Source of the DNA: a virus
Lineage: Duplodnaviria; Caudoviricetes
IMG/VR virus record: IMGVR_UViG_3300031996_000001
Location: 1-64,000 of that record
Reading direction: 5' to 3' (one strand)
Length of the DNA: 64,000 nucleotides
This document shows positions 54,343 through 61,882 of this stretch, piece after piece. The position numbers were made by a program, and so were the translations under genes. The notes under the pieces are model-generated. The model saw only the letters and a program-made list of their open reading frames with translations. It did not search any database and had not been told where the DNA came from. Numbering within the stretch: the stretch's first letter is position 1; each line of letters opens with the position of its first letter.

Positions 54343-54681
54343 ATGACTGCTCGCAAGCCCGCCGCCAAGGCCGACGAGACCCCCGCCGAGGCCCCCGCCG
54401 AGGCTCCCGAGGTCCAGGCCGACGAGGCTCCCGAGGCCCCCAAGGGCGTCGACACCAAGGCCCTGGGCGAGTCGCCCGAGGTCACCGACGGTGTCTCGGC
54501 CGACGTGCAGGCCGTGCGCGACGCGCACGCCAACCTGCCGGTGCTGGAGGTGCTGCCGACCCACGCCGCCGAGGAGACGCAGTCCGAGGTGCTGGAGCGG
54601 CTGAGCCGCGAGCGCAAGGCCCAGCAGCTCGCCTCGGACCTCGTGCCCGACAACGCGCCCGCCGCGCCCGACGCCGAGTAG
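54343..54681 (+). CDS. Acidic Ala/Glu/Pro-rich protein
   Basis: RBS GAGGT; EAP repeats. Confidence 0.65.
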   Translation: MTARKPAAKADETPAEAPAEAPEVQADEAPEAPKGVDTKALGESPEVTDGVSADVQAVRDAHANLPVLEVLPTHAAEETQSEVLERLSRERKAQQLASDLVPDNAPAAPDAE

Positions 54682-54689
54682 CGGTTGAC

Positions 54690-55010
54690 ATGACCGACCC
54701 GACGCCGTTCCAGCCGGACCCGGTGCCGACGCCGACGCCGGTGGTCGACGCGGGCCAGGTCTCTGGACTGATCAGCGCGCTGATCATCACCGTGGTGACC
54801 TTCGTCTTCGAGGTCGTCGGCCACGCTGACACCAACGCGCTGATCCAGACCGTCACCGCTGTCGTGGGTGCGGCTGCCGCCCTGGTCACCTACTTCACCC
54901 AGGTCGCGCAGGCGAAGAAGGCAGCGGCCAAGGTGACGCCGCTGGCCAAGCCCAGGGACAACCTGGGCCGTCGTCTCATCCCCCACCCCGAGGATGTCCG
55001 GGCCGCCTGA
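54690..55010 (+). CDS. Putative holin
   Basis: Two TM segments plus C-terminal KVTPLAKPRD..G..L.P typical of actinophage holins. Confidence 0.65.
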   Translation: MTDPTPFQPDPVPTPTPVVDAGQVSGLISALIITVVTFVFEVVGHADTNALIQTVTAVVGAAAALVTYFTQVAQAKKAAAKVTPLAKPRDNLGRRLIPHPEDVRAA

Positions 55011-55675
55011 TGACCACCCTGCTGCACCGCACCTCCAACGCCTGGCAGACGTTGTGCGCTCTGAAGCTGCGAGGCCCGTGGCGGCCCGGCGCGCACAACA
55101 TCGTCGTGCTGGTCGTCCAGATCGCTTCGATCTGGGGTGCGGCGCAGCGGGGCATGGACTACTTCCAGTCGGCCGCGCACGACGGCCAGGTGCTGTCGGG
55201 CATCGAGCAGTCCATCCCGCTGCAGTGGCTGGGGCTGAGCTTCCTGATCCCGGCCGGGATCGCGTTCTTCGGCCTCGCCAGCGGCTGGGCCCGCCCGCTG
55301 GTCGTCGGCCACCTGCTGATCGGCACCACCTACCTGGTGCTGGGCATCACCTACCTGCGCCAGTCCGAGGTCGCTGACGTGCCGCTGGCCACCGGAGGCT
55401 CGGCGCTGCTGCTGCTCGCCGCGTTCCTGCTGGCCACGAGCTTCCGCAAGATCCCCGACGCCGTCGCCCTGATCACCGGCATGGCCGCGATGATCGTCGG
55501 CGGCTGGCTGGCCGCCAAGGGGCTCGGCTTCGGCTACCGCACCGGCAACGGCTTCCTGGTCGGCGCCGTCAACCACTTCGCCTTCGGCTTCGGCACCCAG
55601 GTGATGGCCCACCGCGAGCGAGTGCTTCGTCGGGAGGACGAAGACGACTTGGCGGCCCTGAAGGCCGCGCTGTAG
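55010..55675 (+). CDS. Multi-pass membrane protein
   Basis: About six TM segments; coupled. Confidence 0.75.
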   Translation: MTTLLHRTSNAWQTLCALKLRGPWRPGAHNIVVLVVQIASIWGAAQRGMDYFQSAAHDGQVLSGIEQSIPLQWLGLSFLIPAGIAFFGLASGWARPLVVGHLLIGTTYLVLGITYLRQSEVADVPLATGGSALLLLAAFLLATSFRKIPDAVALITGMAAMIVGGWLAAKGLGFGYRTGNGFLVGAVNHFAFGFGTQVMAHRERVLRREDEDDLAALKAAL

Positions 55676-56121
55676 TGGGCGATCTCCCCAGCAATCTGCT
55701 GGACAGCGTCAAGGACAACCCGGTCGTCCAGTGGGCAGTGATCGGCTTCGTCGTCGTCTTCCTGACCACCAACGCAGCGACCCGGCTGAAGGGCCCCGTC
55801 GGCGGAGCCGCCCGCGCGCTGCGGCAGCTCGGTGCCCGTCGTGTCAACCGCGAGGTGGCGGAGCGCCAGGCCGCTCGCCAGGCCCTGATCGACCAGGCCA
55901 ACGAGGGCCGCGAGTACGTCGCGCGCGAGCTGAAGGAGCTGAAGGACAAGGTCGAGGAGCTGCTGATCGACCGGGAGGCGCTGGCTGACCTGGTCGACCA
56001 GCACCTGGGCTGGGACTACGACCGCAAGCAGCAGCTGATCGAGCTGGGCGTGCCCGTCCACCAGATCCCGCCCGCTCCCCCGCTGCGCGTCATCAAGAAC
56101 ACGCAGGTCAGCACCGCGTAG
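55675..56121 (+). CDS. TM plus coiled-coil lysis-cassette-like protein
   Basis: N-terminal TM segment, heptad region, C-terminal IPPAPPL. Confidence 0.65.
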   Translation: MGDLPSNLLDSVKDNPVVQWAVIGFVVVFLTTNAATRLKGPVGGAARALRQLGARRVNREVAERQAARQALIDQANEGREYVARELKELKDKVEELLIDREALADLVDQHLGWDYDRKQQLIELGVPVHQIPPAPPLRVIKNTQVSTA

Positions 56122-56130
56122 AGGCCCCGT

Positions 56131-56160
56131 GTTGACAGAGTTGACACGGGTTGCTATTCT
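56131..56160 (+). promoter_or_regulatory. Promoter with tandem boxes
   Basis: TTGACA-17-TATTCT-6-ATG; boxes at 56131 and 56140. Confidence 0.82.
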
Positions 56161-56166
56161 TCTTGC

Positions 56167-56418
56167 ATGACGCAGACGCCCCAACACCGACTACGCCTCA
56201 ACGGATTCTCCCGCGAGAAGGCCGCGCTGATCCGGCAGATGGAGGACGACGGCTGGACCGGCCGCGTCTCCACCCGGGGCCACGCCCTCATGCGCTCGCC
56301 TGACGGCACCATGACCTGCTCCGTGGCCCCCAAGACGGGCAGCCCGACCAGGGACATGGGCAACTCCCAGATGATCTACAAGCGGTGGAAGCGCTCCATC
56401 ACCGCTCCCTCCCGCTGA
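56167..56418 (+). CDS. HicA-like toxin/mRNA interferase, leaderless (MTQT)
   Basis: GW.....RGH....PDG......P.T.S..R..GN. Confidence 0.65.
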   Translation: MTQTPQHRLRLNGFSREKAALIRQMEDDGWTGRVSTRGHALMRSPDGTMTCSVAPKTGSPTRDMGNSQMIYKRWKRSITAPSR

Positions 56419-56437
56419 CAGACAGGACGACGCAGAC

Positions 56438-57298
56438 ATGTGGATCTTCACCGAGCACGGCTTCTTCACCTTCGTGGTGGACCGCAAGGACCCCAGCTAC
56501 GTCTGGCTGCGGGCCCGGATGCGTGAGCACCTGGAGGACAACTTCCCCGGCATCGAGGTCACCGAGCACCCCGGCGCCGACTACTTCTTCCGGGCCAAGG
56601 TGACCCGCGCCTACCTCGCCGAGCAGATGTCCCGGCTGGTCATGGACGCGAACATCACCAGCCACTTCAAGGACGAGATGAACCGCCGCGCGGCCAAACC
56701 GCGCTGGGGCTCGATCTCCCAGGTGATGTACGCGGTCTGGAACGGCGCCGCGCAGTGGCAGCCCTACGCGCCGTACTCCAAGGTGCCCAGGCCCGAGCCC
56801 AAGCCGTTCGTGCCTGCCGCCAAGGGCACCCAGGGCGCGCTGTTCCCGGACTACTCCCGCTACGGCGGCAGCCGGGCCGGGGACTACGACTGGACCACCG
56901 GCACCTGGAAGGGTGGTACCAAGGTCGGGGAGAGCGCGCCGGACCCCCGTGTCAACCAGAGCACGGACATCGCCCCGGAGCGGGCCCGGCAGATCGCCGA
57001 CATGCTCGACGGTCTCACCGAGGACGACTTCGAGGAGATCTGGCCGACGCTCTCCGCCGACGAGCAGGCCGCGTACCTGGACTACCAGGAGGAGCTGGCG
57101 GACGCCTGGGATGCCGGGGATGCACCCCAGGCGTCCGTCTCCACCCCGGCAACGCCTGCCCCGGTGTTCTCCCACACCGAGGAGGACCACGGGGCCCAGG
57201 CACGGCTGGAGGAGTGGTTCACCTCCCGCAAGGAGAACGCCTACGCCGCGCCCAAGGGCGGCGGGCGGCGGCGAGGGCGGAAGCGCCGCAAGAAGTAG
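56438..57298 (+). CDS. Conserved hypothetical protein with acidic/basic tail
   Basis: MWIFT.HGFF.....LRAR...HL.....ADY.FRA....FKD. Confidence 0.75.
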   Translation: MWIFTEHGFFTFVVDRKDPSYVWLRARMREHLEDNFPGIEVTEHPGADYFFRAKVTRAYLAEQMSRLVMDANITSHFKDEMNRRAAKPRWGSISQVMYAVWNGAAQWQPYAPYSKVPRPEPKPFVPAAKGTQGALFPDYSRYGGSRAGDYDWTTGTWKGGTKVGESAPDPRVNQSTDIAPERARQIADMLDGLTEDDFEEIWPTLSADEQAAYLDYQEELADAWDAGDAPQASVSTPATPAPVFSHTEEDHGAQARLEEWFTSRKENAYAAPKGGGRRRGRKRRKK

Positions 57299-57328
57299 CC
57301 TGGAGACCTACCCCGCCAGGTAGTAGAG

Positions 57329-57360
57329 GGCCCCCGGACTCCGGTCCGGGGGCCTTCTTG
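57329..57360 (+). terminator. Intrinsic terminator
   Basis: GGCCCCCGGAC-TCCG-GTCCGGGGGCC-TTCTTG. Confidence 0.75.
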
Positions 57361-57407
57361 TCGTCCACCCTTCGTAGGGTCCGGTTGACGCGCCGTCACC
57401 CTGTCTT

Positions 57408-57438
57408 GTTGACATTCGTTGACATAGCGGCGCATACT
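57408..57438 (+). promoter_or_regulatory. Promoter with tandem boxes
   Basis: TTGACA-18-CATACT-7-ATG; boxes at 57408 and 57418. Confidence 0.82.
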
Positions 57439-57445
57439 CGGAGCC

Positions 57446-57814
57446 ATGACGCAGACGATCGCCAGACCCGGCACCTACATGAACACCGTCCCGGCGCGGG
57501 TCTCTGACCGCGTGCAGATGGCCCAGACCGTCGGCTACCGCGACTCCCACCTCGGCCTCCGGCTCTACCGCTACGACCTGGTCAGCGTGGCCGAGGCGCG
57601 CGAGGAGTTCGGCGCGACGCTGGAGGACGCCCGGTCCTTCGTCGGCAACTCGACCTGCCAGGAGTGCGGGCTGGCCGCCTGCGAGCTGCGCGAGTGCTTC
57701 GAGTGCGAGACCAAGGGCTGCGCCTGCCTGATCCGCGAGGGAGACCACGATGACCACTACTGGTGCGCTGACTGCACCCGCCCCTGCTACGGCCGCTGCT
57801 GCACCGACGACTGA
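57446..57814 (+). CDS. Cys-rich hypothetical protein, leaderless (MTQT)
   Basis: Several CxxC motifs. Confidence 0.65.
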   Translation: MTQTIARPGTYMNTVPARVSDRVQMAQTVGYRDSHLGLRLYRYDLVSVAEAREEFGATLEDARSFVGNSTCQECGLAACELRECFECETKGCACLIREGDHDDHYWCADCTRPCYGRCCTDD

Positions 57815-58025
57815 CGTCCTGGTCTACCAGCTGGAGGTCGACGTCGTCCGCGACCGCAACGCCCGGCCGTGGCGCGAGCGCACCCACCACGTCACCGTGG
57901 CCGTGGACGACCAGCCCAGCCTGACCCGGGCCGACACCGAGGCGCGCAACCTCGCGGCCTGGATGTGCTGGCACGTCCGGGGCTCGATGGTCACCGCCGT
58001 GCGCATCGTGGCCGTGGAGCTGTGA
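57750..58025 (+). CDS. Hypothetical protein
   Basis: GAGGGAG RBS; 65-nt overlap with upstream gene. Confidence 0.55.
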   Translation: MTTTGALTAPAPATAAAAPTTDVLVYQLEVDVVRDRNARPWRERTHHVTVAVDDQPSLTRADTEARNLAAWMCWHVRGSMVTAVRIVAVEL

Positions 58026-58034
58026 AGAAAGTTT

Positions 58035-58074
58035 GTTGACACTGTTGACATCGTTGACAGAGAGGAGTCATACT
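58035..58074 (+). promoter_or_regulatory. Promoter with three tandem boxes
   Basis: GTTGACA at 58035, 58044, 58053; TTGACA-18-CATACT-6-ATG. Confidence 0.82.
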
Positions 58075-58080
58075 GTGTCC

Positions 58081-58761
58081 ATGATGATCAAAGAGCCCAG
58101 CGCCCCCGCCAGCCCGGCCCAGGTCAGCTACCTGGAAAGCCTGGTCAAGGACCGCGACCTGCCCGCCATCTGCGAGCGCTACCAGCTGCTGAGCGAGCTG
58201 GGCGCGCTGACCAAGGGCCGCGCCAGCGAGTTCATCGACCAGCTGCTGAAGGCGCCGAAGAAGGCCCACAAGGCCACCGTGATGGCCCAGCCGGTCGTCG
58301 CGCCGATCCCGAACCTGGTCCCCCAGCTGAGCGAGCTGCCCGCCTTCGGGTACTACAAGCTCGGCGAGGACGTCCTCTACTACTGGGACGTGACCGGCAA
58401 GGACGCCTACCCCCAGCTGCGGAAGCTGCACATCGGCCAGAGCTACAACTACTCGACCGGCAGCTACGTCACCAAGGGCAGCTGGAAGAAGATCTACGGC
58501 AGCTACAAGGACGCCAAGGTCACCGCGACCTTCAAGCCCTACGGCGGCAAGGGCTACTACACCGGCGAGAAGACCAGCCAGGTGAGCGTCCCGAAGGTGC
58601 TGGCCGAGGCCGTGGTCGCCGGGTTCAAGCCGCTGACCCAGGCCGAGGCCGGAGCGCTCGGCAAGCAGTTCGGGTTCTGCGTCCGGTGCGGCGCCACCCT
58701 GACCGACCCGGTCTCGGTCGCCGACGGAATCGGCCCGGTCTGCAAGACCTACTGGTTCTGA
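58081..58761 (+). CDS. DUF6011-domain protein, leaderless
   Basis: C-terminal CVRCGATLTDPVSVADGIGPVC. Confidence 0.75.
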   Translation: MMIKEPSAPASPAQVSYLESLVKDRDLPAICERYQLLSELGALTKGRASEFIDQLLKAPKKAHKATVMAQPVVAPIPNLVPQLSELPAFGYYKLGEDVLYYWDVTGKDAYPQLRKLHIGQSYNYSTGSYVTKGSWKKIYGSYKDAKVTATFKPYGGKGYYTGEKTSQVSVPKVLAEAVVAGFKPLTQAEAGALGKQFGFCVRCGATLTDPVSVADGIGPVCKTYWF

Positions 58762-58775
58762 TCCCCACCACGAGA

Positions 58776-58799
58776 GGCCCCCGGTTGACACCGGGGGCC
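58776..58799. terminator. Hairpin whose loop is TTGACA
   Basis: GGCCCCCGG-TTGACA-CCGGGGGCC. Confidence 0.7.
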
Positions 58800-58819
58800 C
58801 CTGCACGAGAGGAGGCCTG

Positions 58820-59125
58820 ATGGCCTCGAAGAAGAACCAGCCGCTGTGGGTCATGGAGAACCTGCCCGAGCCGCCGATCGTCAAGGGCTACTGGGACTAC
58901 GGGACGGTCTTCTCGGTCTACGCCCACCGGCCGCGCATCGACTACTGGCGCGACCTCTGGCACCAGCTCTACTGGGGCCTCTGGTCCTACTACTACTGGG
59001 GCAAGAAGGTCCGGAAGTCCCTGCCCTACGCGCTGGCCGACCTCCGGAACTGGCTGCTCCGGCGGCCGTCGGCCTCACCCGCCAAGGTGACGAAAGGCCC
59101 TGCAGCTGAGAAGACCGGCGTATAG
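58820..59125 (+). CDS. Trp/Tyr-rich hypothetical protein
   Basis: RBS GAGGAGG. Confidence 0.65.
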   Translation: MASKKNQPLWVMENLPEPPIVKGYWDYGTVFSVYAHRPRIDYWRDLWHQLYWGLWSYYYWGKKVRKSLPYALADLRNWLLRRPSASPAKVTKGPAAEKTGV

Positions 59126-59163
59126 TTGTCACTGTCAACACGTCGAGTGAGAGGAGGACTCCG

Positions 59164-59541
59164 ATGAGCTACCAGGTCAACGTGGACCATCCCGAGAACG
59201 ACGAACGGCAGGCGAAGGACTGGTTCGCCTGGTTCCAGTGGTCGCAGACCCACGCGCCGCTCGCCGGAGTCGGCATCGACGTGATGGCCAACATCCTGAC
59301 CGCCGTGTGCGCCCAGGACGTCGCCGGAGACATCTGCCGGATCCTGGACCTCGGCGGCAAGCTCAGCTTCGTCCAGGCCCGCCTCGTGGCGAAGATGGCC
59401 GACAGCGTGATGAACGATGAAGTCCGGGCGGTCTTCAAGAACGCCGTGGACAACGGCTACGGCGTGACCGTGGAGTTCAGGCGGGGCGGCTTCGGCGCTC
59501 CCAGCGCCTCGGAGTACCGCGAGAAGGAAGCGTCGGCCTGA
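59164..59541 (+). CDS. Hypothetical protein
   Basis: RBS GAGGAGG; upstream TATAGT at 59121 followed by box at 59133. Confidence 0.65.
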   Translation: MSYQVNVDHPENDERQAKDWFAWFQWSQTHAPLAGVGIDVMANILTAVCAQDVAGDICRILDLGGKLSFVQARLVAKMADSVMNDEVRAVFKNAVDNGYGVTVEFRRGGFGAPSASEYREKEASA

Positions 59542-59990
59542 CCGCACTGAGCCAGCACCTCGCGGACCAGCAGCGGCAGCTGAAGCTGCGGGCGCCCCTC
59601 GGTCAGCGTCTCCACCGCGTGCTCGGCGTTCGGCGCGATGATCGCCTTGAACCGGGTGCACTCCAGCAGCGCGTCGTTGGCGATCGGGTCGACCTCGGGA
59701 CGGCAGTCCTCGCATGGCACCCGGCGCTCCAGGTGCTCGCCGATCTCGATGGCCTTGTGCCAGGGCACCATGCGGCGGTTGACACGGGCGCACCACGGCG
59801 CGTGCGCGACCGAGGACCGGCCGATCTTCGAGATCAGGTAGGTGCCGTCCTCCAGCCGGTAGACCGCCAGCTCGCTCCAGCGCGCTGAGCCGGTCCTGGC
59901 CGAGGTGGCCGCGCCGATGACGGCCGCCCGGAAGCGCAGCACGCGCGACCCGTCCCGGACCTGGTGCACGGCCACCGAAGGGGCGGTCAT
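59457..59990 (-). CDS. Conserved actinophage hypothetical protein
   Basis: DG.R.LRF....RWSEL.VYR..DG.Y...IG.S.V.H...C. Confidence 0.7.
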   Translation of the reverse strand: MTAPSVAVHQVRDGSRVLRFRAAVIGAATSARTGSARWSELAVYRLEDGTYLISKIGRSSVAHAPWCARVNRRMVPWHKAIEIGEHLERRVPCEDCRPEVDPIANDALLECTRFKAIIAPNAEHAVETLTEGRPQLQLPLLVREVLAQCGQADASFSRYSEALGAPKPPRLNSTVTP

Positions 59991-59992
59991 GC

Positions 59993-60286
59993 TCAGCTGT
60001 CCGAGTCGCGCTTGACCCGGTAGAGGCTGGTCCCCGGGCCGTTGGCCGGTCCGCCCGGCGGCCGGATGCGCACCATGAGGCCTCGGCCGACCAGCGCCTT
60101 CAGGCGGCTGGCCACCCGCTGCGTGGTGGCGTCCTCGAAGTCGACCTGCACCTTCTTGGCGATGTCAACCGGCCGCATCGCGTCCGTGGCGACATCCATG
60201 ATGCGCTGGTCGAGGGGCATTACCGGTCGGCGAGCGGTGCCCGTGCGGGCTGGAGGCTCCCGGAGCACGATCGCGTCAGCCGTCAT
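59993..60286 (-). CDS. Winged-helix DNA-binding protein, leaderless
   Basis: MRPVDIAKKV......VASRLKALVGRGLMVR...LYR; TATTCT-7-ATG. Confidence 0.65.
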   Translation of the reverse strand: MTADAIVLREPPARTGTARRPVMPLDQRIMDVATDAMRPVDIAKKVQVDFEDATTQRVASRLKALVGRGLMVRIRPPGGPANGPGTSLYRVKRDSDS

Positions 60287-60356
60287 GCTGCTGAGAATAG
60301 TGCTGAAAGCTCAACAGTGACGGCTGAACGCGCTCGTGTCACCGAATAGAAGGTGC

Positions 60357-61121
60357 TCAGGGGGTCGGCGTGGGCGCAGGACCGAGGCGCACGATGGCGC
60401 GCGGCGACGTCTCGATCAGCGCCTCCTGCGTCACCTGGATCATCTCGCGGTTCTGCTGGATCGCCAGCATGACCTTCTCCTCGTTGATCTCGGAGATGGT
60501 GATGCGGATGGGTCCGGTGAAGAAGACGCGCGGCGAGCCGGTCATCCCGGGCAGGTCGTAGTAGCCCTCGCTGATGACGACCATGTCGCCCCAGGCGCTG
60601 TAGTCCTGGCCGTCCTGCGGGTTGATCGTGATGACCCCGGCGACCCGGAGCTTGGGCGCGATGTCGGGGTGGACGTGCATGATCGGCCGGTTCGCCGAGC
60701 GCTGGAAGAACTCCCGGCGCGCGTCGGAGATGGCCGCGATGAAGACGTCGAGGTCGGCCAGGCCGGGGTCGGCGACTTCCAGCGCCTCCGGGCTACCCAC
60801 CCAGACGTCGGAGAGGCCCTGGCGGACCAGGAAGCCCATGCCGATGGCCATCTCGTTGTGCTCGGCCAGCGCCTTCTTCAGCCAGGTCTCGTCGTCCGGC
60901 TTCTGCGTGCGCGTGTTGCGGCGCAGCGTGGCCACGATCGGGAAGGCGTGGGTGCGGTACGGGCAGACGATCGACCCGTCGTCGCCGATGACGTCGGCGG
61001 TGACAGCGGGATCGCAGTCGGCCAGGTAGATGGACAGACCGGCCTCGCGGTCGTCCACGCTCTCGCCCCGGTTCCAGTTCCCGGTTCCGGTCGTGACCTC
61101 GGCAGCGTCGAGCAGGCGCAC
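60357..61121 (-). CDS. Probable major capsid pentamer-type protein
   Basis: IMHVHP.IAP.L...G....WGDMVVISEGY....TGPIRI...N..I pattern recalled from actinophage pentamer proteins; RBS GGAG. Confidence 0.45.
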   Translation of the reverse strand: MRLLDAAEVTTGTGNWNRGESVDDREAGLSIYLADCDPAVTADVIGDDGSIVCPYRTHAFPIVATLRRNTRTQKPDDETWLKKALAEHNEMAIGMGFLVRQGLSDVWVGSPEALEVADPGLADLDVFIAAISDARREFFQRSANRPIMHVHPDIAPKLRVAGVITINPQDGQDYSAWGDMVVISEGYYDLPGMTGSPRVFFTGPIRITISEINEEKVMLAIQQNREMIQVTQEALIETSPRAIVRLGPAPTPTP

Positions 61122-61168
61122 GTCTTCTCCTTCAGAGTCGGCGGCCGTCGCCGCGCGTGATCAGGGTG

Positions 61169-61882
61169 TCACAGAGAGGTGAGTGTGATGGTCCCGTTGC
61201 CCGTCAGGTGGGCGTCGAAGATGGACGACCGGGCGACGATGCCCTTGGCCGTGCCGCTGGCCAGGTCCTTGCCCCACTGCAGCGGCAGGTTGACCGTGGT
61301 CGTCGTCCCCAGCGGCACGCTGAAGGTCAGCGGGTCGCTGTAGGTGTTCAGTGGCAGCGAGCGGTCGACGTTCTTGTGCAGCGCGAGCTGCACCGTGCCG
61401 GAGTCGACCTCCAGCGTCATCGCCACCGAGGCCAGCTTCTTGGTGCTGAAGCTGCTGAAGGCCCCGGCGGCGTAGAACCAGGCGCCGGTTGACACGAAGT
61501 CCTGGGACTGGGTGAGCCCGAGCGTGCCGTCGGAGCGCCAGTGCCCCGCCGGGTAGGCCGTGGTGATCTCCCAGTTGTCCAGGATCGAGGGCGCCACGAC
61601 CAGCGTGCTCGGCGCAGGTGGTGCGGCGGGCGCGGCGGGGGCCACCGGCGAGCCGATCGCCAGCGAGCCGAAGGTGGCCTGGATGAGCAGGTAGCAGATG
61701 TCGTTGACCGCCGGGGCCCAGCTGCCCTTCAGGTAGGGCACGTTGCTGAAGACGTCGCCGTCGACCGACACCGTCAGCGCCCCCGTGGCGACCGCCGTGA
61801 CCTTGCCCTTGCGCAGCACCGCGCCACGGTCGCCGAGCGTCGCCAGCACGCCCAGAAGCGGATCGTCGGCCATCTCAGGCAC
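61169..61882 (-). CDS. Minor tail protein
   Basis: N-terminal G.VTAV.T..V.VDG....VPYL..W.P.VND.C. Confidence 0.75.
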   Translation of the reverse strand: MPEMADDPLLGVLATLGDRGAVLRKGKVTAVATGALTVSVDGDVFSNVPYLKGSWAPAVNDICYLLIQATFGSLAIGSPVAPAAPAAPPAPSTLVVAPSILDNWEITTAYPAGHWRSDGTLGLTQSQDFVSTGAWFYAAGAFSSFSTKKLASVAMTLEVDSGTVQLALHKNVDRSLPLNTYSDPLTFSVPLGTTTTVNLPLQWGKDLASGTAKGIVARSSIFDAHLTGNGTITLTSL

